DNA of 31,277 nt from a virus. Taxonomy: Duplodnaviria; Caudoviricetes. The notes below the pieces were generated by a model, which made no database searches, had not been told where the DNA came from, and saw only the letters and a list, made by a program, of their open reading frames with translations. Positions within the stretch are counted from its first letter, which is position 1. Each line of letters starts with the position of its first letter. The stretch lies in the IMG/VR virus record IMGVR_UViG_3300030059_000068, positions 1 to 31,277 of that record; one strand, written 5' to 3'. The position numbers were made by a program, and so were the translations under genes. This document shows, one piece after another, positions 27,338 through 31,277 of this stretch.

Positions 27338-27413
27338 GTAACAGTCCCTCTCCACACCTGTTACAAATACTGCCCATAGTCTTATCAATAATATTCTTCG
27401 ATAAGATCAGCAG
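27338..27413 (-). other. Two adjacent stem-loops downstream of ssb (terminator, processing site or structured RNA)
   Basis: GTAACAG (27338-44) and CTGTTAC (27358-64) form a perfect 7-bp stem with a 13-nt loop. 27380-88 pairs with 27398-406 (9 bp, one G-U on the minus transcript), enclosed by CTGC/GCAG (27370-73/27410-13). Confidence 0.55.
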
Positions 27414-27429
27414 ACCCTAGTGCAACTAC

Positions 27430-27900
27430 TTAGAACGGTACTTCTTCTCCCTCTTTATCTTGTGAAGCTACTGTATAACCACCATCTACAGTATCAAAGT
27501 TTGATCCATCTCCACCATACGAGATTAGATCAACAACCTGTACTCCCATCAGGTCTGTAGCTACTCCACTCTTACCTGCATAGGTCCAATCATAGGTAGA
27601 GAATTTAACATTAACCAAACTACCATTACCTACAAGGCTACCATCCCAAGTGTTGTTCTGAGAATCTTTAATAATAGGTGACGGACGTTCCGAACCATCT
27701 TTCTTATGGACCTTTCGTTTAATCTTTACAAAGTCTCCACGGTCATCACCTTTATTCTGAATGACTACACCCAAACTTTCTACTTTCTTTTTGGTGTCTT
27801 CATCAAGACATACATCTACACACCATACAGGTTCAAAGGTAGTGTTAGGTTGAGCGAGACTTGCCCAGTATGCCTTACCAGAAATAATATTAACGTCCAT
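27430..27900 (-). CDS. ssb: Single-stranded DNA-binding protein (T7 gp2.5-like)
   Basis: GKAYWASL..PNT.FEP.W.VD, P.I.DS......LVGNGS.VNV, L.GVQVVDL..Y, and an acidic tail ending EEVPF. The ATG at 27900 has an aagga RBS. Confidence 0.85.
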   Translation of the reverse strand: MDVNIISGKAYWASLAQPNTTFEPVWCVDVCLDEDTKKKVESLGVVIQNKGDDRGDFVKIKRKVHKKDGSERPSPIIKDSQNNTWDGSLVGNGSLVNVKFSTYDWTYAGKSGVATDLMGVQVVDLISYGGDGSNFDTVDGGYTVASQDKEGEEVPF

Positions 27901-27954
27901 TTTATAGTTCCTTTTGGTTGTGCCACTCTGTTGTGACTTGATCATTAAGTTTGT

Positions 27955-27983
27955 AACTTACACTAACATTGACTAAGTGTCAA
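27955..27983 (-). promoter_or_regulatory. Sigma70-type promoter upstream of ssb
   Basis: The minus strand reads TTGACA (27983-27978), a 17-nt spacer and TAAGTT (27960-27955). A 5'-UTR hairpin GTCAC/GTGGC lies at about 27922-27937. Confidence 0.65.
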
Positions 27984-28569
27984 CTCCTTTCTTTAATTTT
28001 TCTCTGTCTCTATATTTTAAACGCTCTACTGCCTCCGCATAGCTATACAATTCATCTTGATATGCTACATATGCTGGACGACGTAGCTTACCTCCTGCTC
28101 TACCAAATCTTCCTTGTGTAGCTAACTCATCAGCAAGCATGAATCCTTTAAGTTGGAACGTGTCTTCTCCTTTCTTAACCATCAAAGCAAATAACTCTAT
28201 GCCAGATGTATGCTTTGACGTAGACAGTAACATACCTTTCTCATGTGTGGTAGCTTTAACATCAATACTAATACCATCTACTGTAAGGTCACCATTATCA
28301 GTACCTTTAGCTTTTGACTTAGGTTTTAAGACTAAGAAATCTTTAGGATACATATCAGACATCTTAGCGAATGCTAACTCTGCCTCTGCTCCAAGAGTAT
28401 CTATTTTATGTGTGTCTGCTACAGCAGCATCGTATATACCTGCTCCTCTATTTTGTTTGTTGCGAGACTTACCTATAAAATCACTTACCTTTAATTCTGT
28501 AGGGTTAAGAGTTACTAGTGAGTCTCTGACCAATTCTGGCCGATCTTGTACTCGCTGTCCAATGGGCAT
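27973..28569 (-). CDS. Putative PD-(D/E)XK restriction-endonuclease-like protein
   Basis: GAEAELAFAK...D.GDL.VDGISIDVKAT gives an E...D...DxK catalytic pattern. It overlaps the polA 3' end by 55 nt. Confidence 0.55.
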   Translation of the reverse strand: MPIGQRVQDRPELVRDSLVTLNPTELKVSDFIGKSRNKQNRGAGIYDAAVADTHKIDTLGAEAELAFAKMSDMYPKDFLVLKPKSKAKGTDNGDLTVDGISIDVKATTHEKGMLLSTSKHTSGIELFALMVKKGEDTFQLKGFMLADELATQGRFGRAGGKLRRPAYVAYQDELYSYAEAVERLKYRDREKLKKGVDT

Positions 28570-30236
28570 TTTACTTGTAACTTCCTTTCTGTTTCCTTCA
28601 TTGCTTGTTTAGTTAACTCTCCAAATATTTTAGCATGTGGTTTAAATACTTCATGCTGATATTCATCATGTATAGATGCAACTAAGTGAGCATTCATTTT
28701 ATTCTTACGTAAAAGAATATCTATATCTACTAACCACTGCTTACATATGACAGCACCTGCTCCTTGTATTAATAAATTAACTGCTGCATGTTGGTTACGT
28801 ACTTTTAAATGCCTGCCATCAAGTCCAATAAGATAACCTTTACGACTAGCTTTGTCAACTCTTTCTCTAAGCACAGCTAATGCTGGTACGTTAGATAGGA
28901 AAGTATCTATAAGACGCTGACCATCCTGTGCTGTACCACCTACTACACTACCTATCTTAGCTGCACCAGCACCAAAAATAAATGCATAGATGAATGTCTT
29001 AGCCTGATCACGTGTATCTAGGCCAGCATTCTTTTGATTTGATGTATGGATGTCACCATCTACTACTTCACTGGTGAATTTAGGATCGTTAAGATAGTGT
29101 GCTAATGCACGTAACTCAAGCGAAGAAGCATCACAACCAACAAGAACATTATTTGTATCTCCAACGGTCCAGCACTCTCTACACTCTTTACCATAGGGAG
29201 AGTAACTTGCAGGAACTTGCGCCATATTAGGCGAGTGATGTGCCATTCTTCCAGAGATTGCACGTAGTGTAAGAACTTGTCCATGTACTTTTCCATCTTC
29301 GTGTAGTGCAGCTATCCAAGATTTGATCTGTGCAATACGCTTCTTTAGAGTTAGATATTCTGCAATCATCTGTGCTTCAGGTATCTTAACTTCCCGAAGC
29401 ACAGATTCATCTACGATTGCTTGTCCTTTTTCTGTATGTTTCTTAGGTTCCCATCCTAGACTTACTAGTCTACGAACGATCTGTTGACGGGAGGAAAGAT
29501 TAAATGTCTGGTAGTCAATGGAAGTATGCGGTCCTCCAACTGTTGTTGGGTCTTGTATATGCCGCAGACCCACAACAGAAAGACTGCCATCTTTTTTGTA
29601 ACGAGGTGTAATCTCTTTAACCGCCACAGGAATAGGAACAAATCTTGTTTGAACTTCTCCTTGTAACACATCTGACTTGTCTTGTAACCGTGCGTTAAGG
29701 CCAACTGCTTTCTGTAAATCAAGGGTAAACCCATTCCTTTCTTGTTTACTGACTAACGATCTAATCTTATATTCAAGATCAATAGATCGTCTGCCAATAT
29801 TTTTTATATCTTGTTGTAGATTAATCCATACCCGTTCAGTTATGTCCACATCTCTTTTACAATAAGTGATCATCTCTTCAGACAGGTGATCGAAGTCTTT
29901 AAAGTTTATCTTATGGTAATCAAATCTTTTACCCCATGCTTGAAGAGAATGCCCATCTTCTCGCACTGGATCAATCAACTGAGACAGGATCAAAGTGTCT
30001 TCTACTTGTGACAGTTTGATCTTTGTCCCTGTTAATCTGTTAACAATTGGAGCATCAAATGATATCCCATTATGCATTATAAACTTGTTTACTCTCTTAG
30101 CAAATAGGGGAAAGTACTTATAACATTCTTTTTCTTTCCAAACATGAAACTTTCCTGACTCTCTTTCTTTAGCTACAATACAGTGTATAACTGTAGCATC
30201 TAAGCTATCAGTTTCTATGTCTAGAACTACATCCAT
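28515..30236 (-). CDS. polA: DNA polymerase, family A (T7 gp5-like) with 3'-5' exonuclease
   Basis: ExoI LDIETD, ExoII HNGISFD and ExoIII YCKRDV. Motif A CDASSLELRALAHY, motif B RDQAKTFIYAFIFG and motif C SIHDE. Confidence 0.95.
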   Translation of the reverse strand: MDVVLDIETDSLDATVIHCIVAKERESGKFHVWKEKECYKYFPLFAKRVNKFIMHNGISFDAPIVNRLTGTKIKLSQVEDTLILSQLIDPVREDGHSLQAWGKRFDYHKINFKDFDHLSEEMITYCKRDVDITERVWINLQQDIKNIGRRSIDLEYKIRSLVSKQERNGFTLDLQKAVGLNARLQDKSDVLQGEVQTRFVPIPVAVKEITPRYKKDGSLSVVGLRHIQDPTTVGGPHTSIDYQTFNLSSRQQIVRRLVSLGWEPKKHTEKGQAIVDESVLREVKIPEAQMIAEYLTLKKRIAQIKSWIAALHEDGKVHGQVLTLRAISGRMAHHSPNMAQVPASYSPYGKECRECWTVGDTNNVLVGCDASSLELRALAHYLNDPKFTSEVVDGDIHTSNQKNAGLDTRDQAKTFIYAFIFGAGAAKIGSVVGGTAQDGQRLIDTFLSNVPALAVLRERVDKASRKGYLIGLDGRHLKVRNQHAAVNLLIQGAGAVICKQWLVDIDILLRKNKMNAHLVASIHDEYQHEVFKPHAKIFGELTKQAMKETERKLQVKCPLDSEYKIGQNWSETH

Positions 30237-31277
30237 CTACAACTCAATCTCTTCTTCACCATCCCCATCCTTACCTAAACTATCTACCTCTGTCAAGCGT
30301 CCTGTGTCATTGTTAAAGAACAGATGACACGCTGCACCAGTGTCACCACTATACCTATTCTTTAGCACTCGTATGGTAGTAGTGTTAGCAACATTAGGAT
30401 CATCAGATTGTTGGTTTCTTTCCATAGCCACCACCCCGTCCGACAACTGAGCGATGCTCTGGCTCCCGCGGAGGTGGGCGAGCGACACCTCTTTCCCGTC
30501 TTCATGTCCCTTGTCTGCACCTGTCCTACGTAAGTGAGACACAAGCAACAAGGCTACGTTAGTTTCTTCTACTATAGATCGTAGCTTAGTCATCAAGTTA
30601 TCAATGTTCCTACGCTCATCATCACCTTCCAAGCCTGACACAAGGATCGATAGGTGATCAAGGAATATCCACTTACAGTCCAGTGCTTTGATCATGTACC
30701 TGATACGTGCAAGTATCTCATCAGTCTTCATGCTACCAAAGTGATCGAAGGCATAGAACCTACGTGTCCCTACCGTAGCTTCTTGCCACTTCTCCAAGTC
30801 ACCACGACTAAACTGTTCACGTACTTCTCGGATGTACAATCTAGCGTTAGCTTCTACTGACATGAGGTGGAAGATAGTTGAACGTACATTCTCTTCCAAA
30901 GAAATGACACCAATGTTTTCATCTGTGTTCATGAGTACATGGTGTTGTAACTCTCTGATAACACTAGACTTACCAGTACCTGTACCTGCGGTGAAGGTTA
31001 CTAACTCACCTGTACGTATACCATACAGCTTATCGTTCATGCCTTGCCAAGGATATGAGCAGGTCTTGTAGCTACCCTCATCATACAATGCATCACCCAT
31101 GTCAGCTAGGTTAAGAATACCTGCTGGTGTGTACATCTTAGCGTTCCACCATGCACGGGTAAAGTCTTCGCGCTTACCTTTGATAAGGTAATCACAAGCA
31201 TCCTTGTAGTCAGTAAGGTTTACGATCTTACATTGATCAGGTTCAAACAAAGATGCTACCTGCTTTGCTGCCTTGTT
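30237..31277 (-). CDS. Primase-helicase (T7 gp4-like), 5'-truncated at the window edge
   Basis: The frame is open to base 31277. It shows the end of the Toprim domain (KDACDYL), Walker A AGTGTGKS, SLEE, IFLDHL, LVSHLRR, LRGSQSIAQLSD and VLKNRYSGDTG. Confidence 0.95.
   Translation of the reverse strand, partial: NKAAKQVASLFEPDQCKIVNLTDYKDACDYLIKGKREDFTRAWWNAKMYTPAGILNLADMGDALYDEGSYKTCSYPWQGMNDKLYGIRTGELVTFTAGTGTGKSSVIRELQHHVLMNTDENIGVISLEENVRSTIFHLMSVEANARLYIREVREQFSRGDLEKWQEATVGTRRFYAFDHFGSMKTDEILARIRYMIKALDCKWIFLDHLSILVSGLEGDDERRNIDNLMTKLRSIVEETNVALLLVSHLRRTGADKGHEDGKEVSLAHLRGSQSIAQLSDGVVAMERNQQSDDPNVANTTTIRVLKNRYSGDTGAACHLFFNNDTGRLTEVDSLGKDGDGEEEIEL

Noticed and set aside
17197-31071. Plus-strand and nested ORFs within the minus arm (e.g. 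21302..21592, 28139..28612, 29465..29734)
   Set aside because: They are antisense or off-frame shadows of clearly identifiable genes.

Overview
This window is a 31-kb internal fragment of an AT-rich dsDNA podovirus-type phage genome, probably lytic and probably infecting a marine Gram-negative (alphaproteobacterial-like) host. It has two convergent arms that meet at about 17.15 kb. The + arm (1-17116) is the tail/ejection module: a 5'-truncated tail fibre, a fibre chaperone, a lipoprotein, tail hub proteins, two paralogous GNAT-like genes, a Pro/Gln/Met-rich protein and three large internal virion proteins. The - arm (31277-17193) carries a T7-like replication module: primase-helicase (truncated), PolA, SSB, PD-(D/E)XK exonuclease, endonuclease I, DUF3310 and a class II RNR. 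It also carries gmd and a 2OG-Fe(II) oxygenase. It ends in a unit behind a near-consensus sigma70 promoter: SufT/DUF59, a GT8/CDI-like glycosyltransferase, a GT-methyltransferase-Maf/MptE-like fusion, holin, spanins and TerS. The two strongest signals are (1) ejection proteins built like polyproteins, with recurrent xAEGG-type double-Gly motifs at domain boundaries and repeated candidate processing domains, and (2) a self-contained glycan build/methylate/transfer toolkit. No RNA genes, CRISPR arrays, integrase or phage RNA polymerase were recognised. All calls come from motif recognition by eye, with no database searches.
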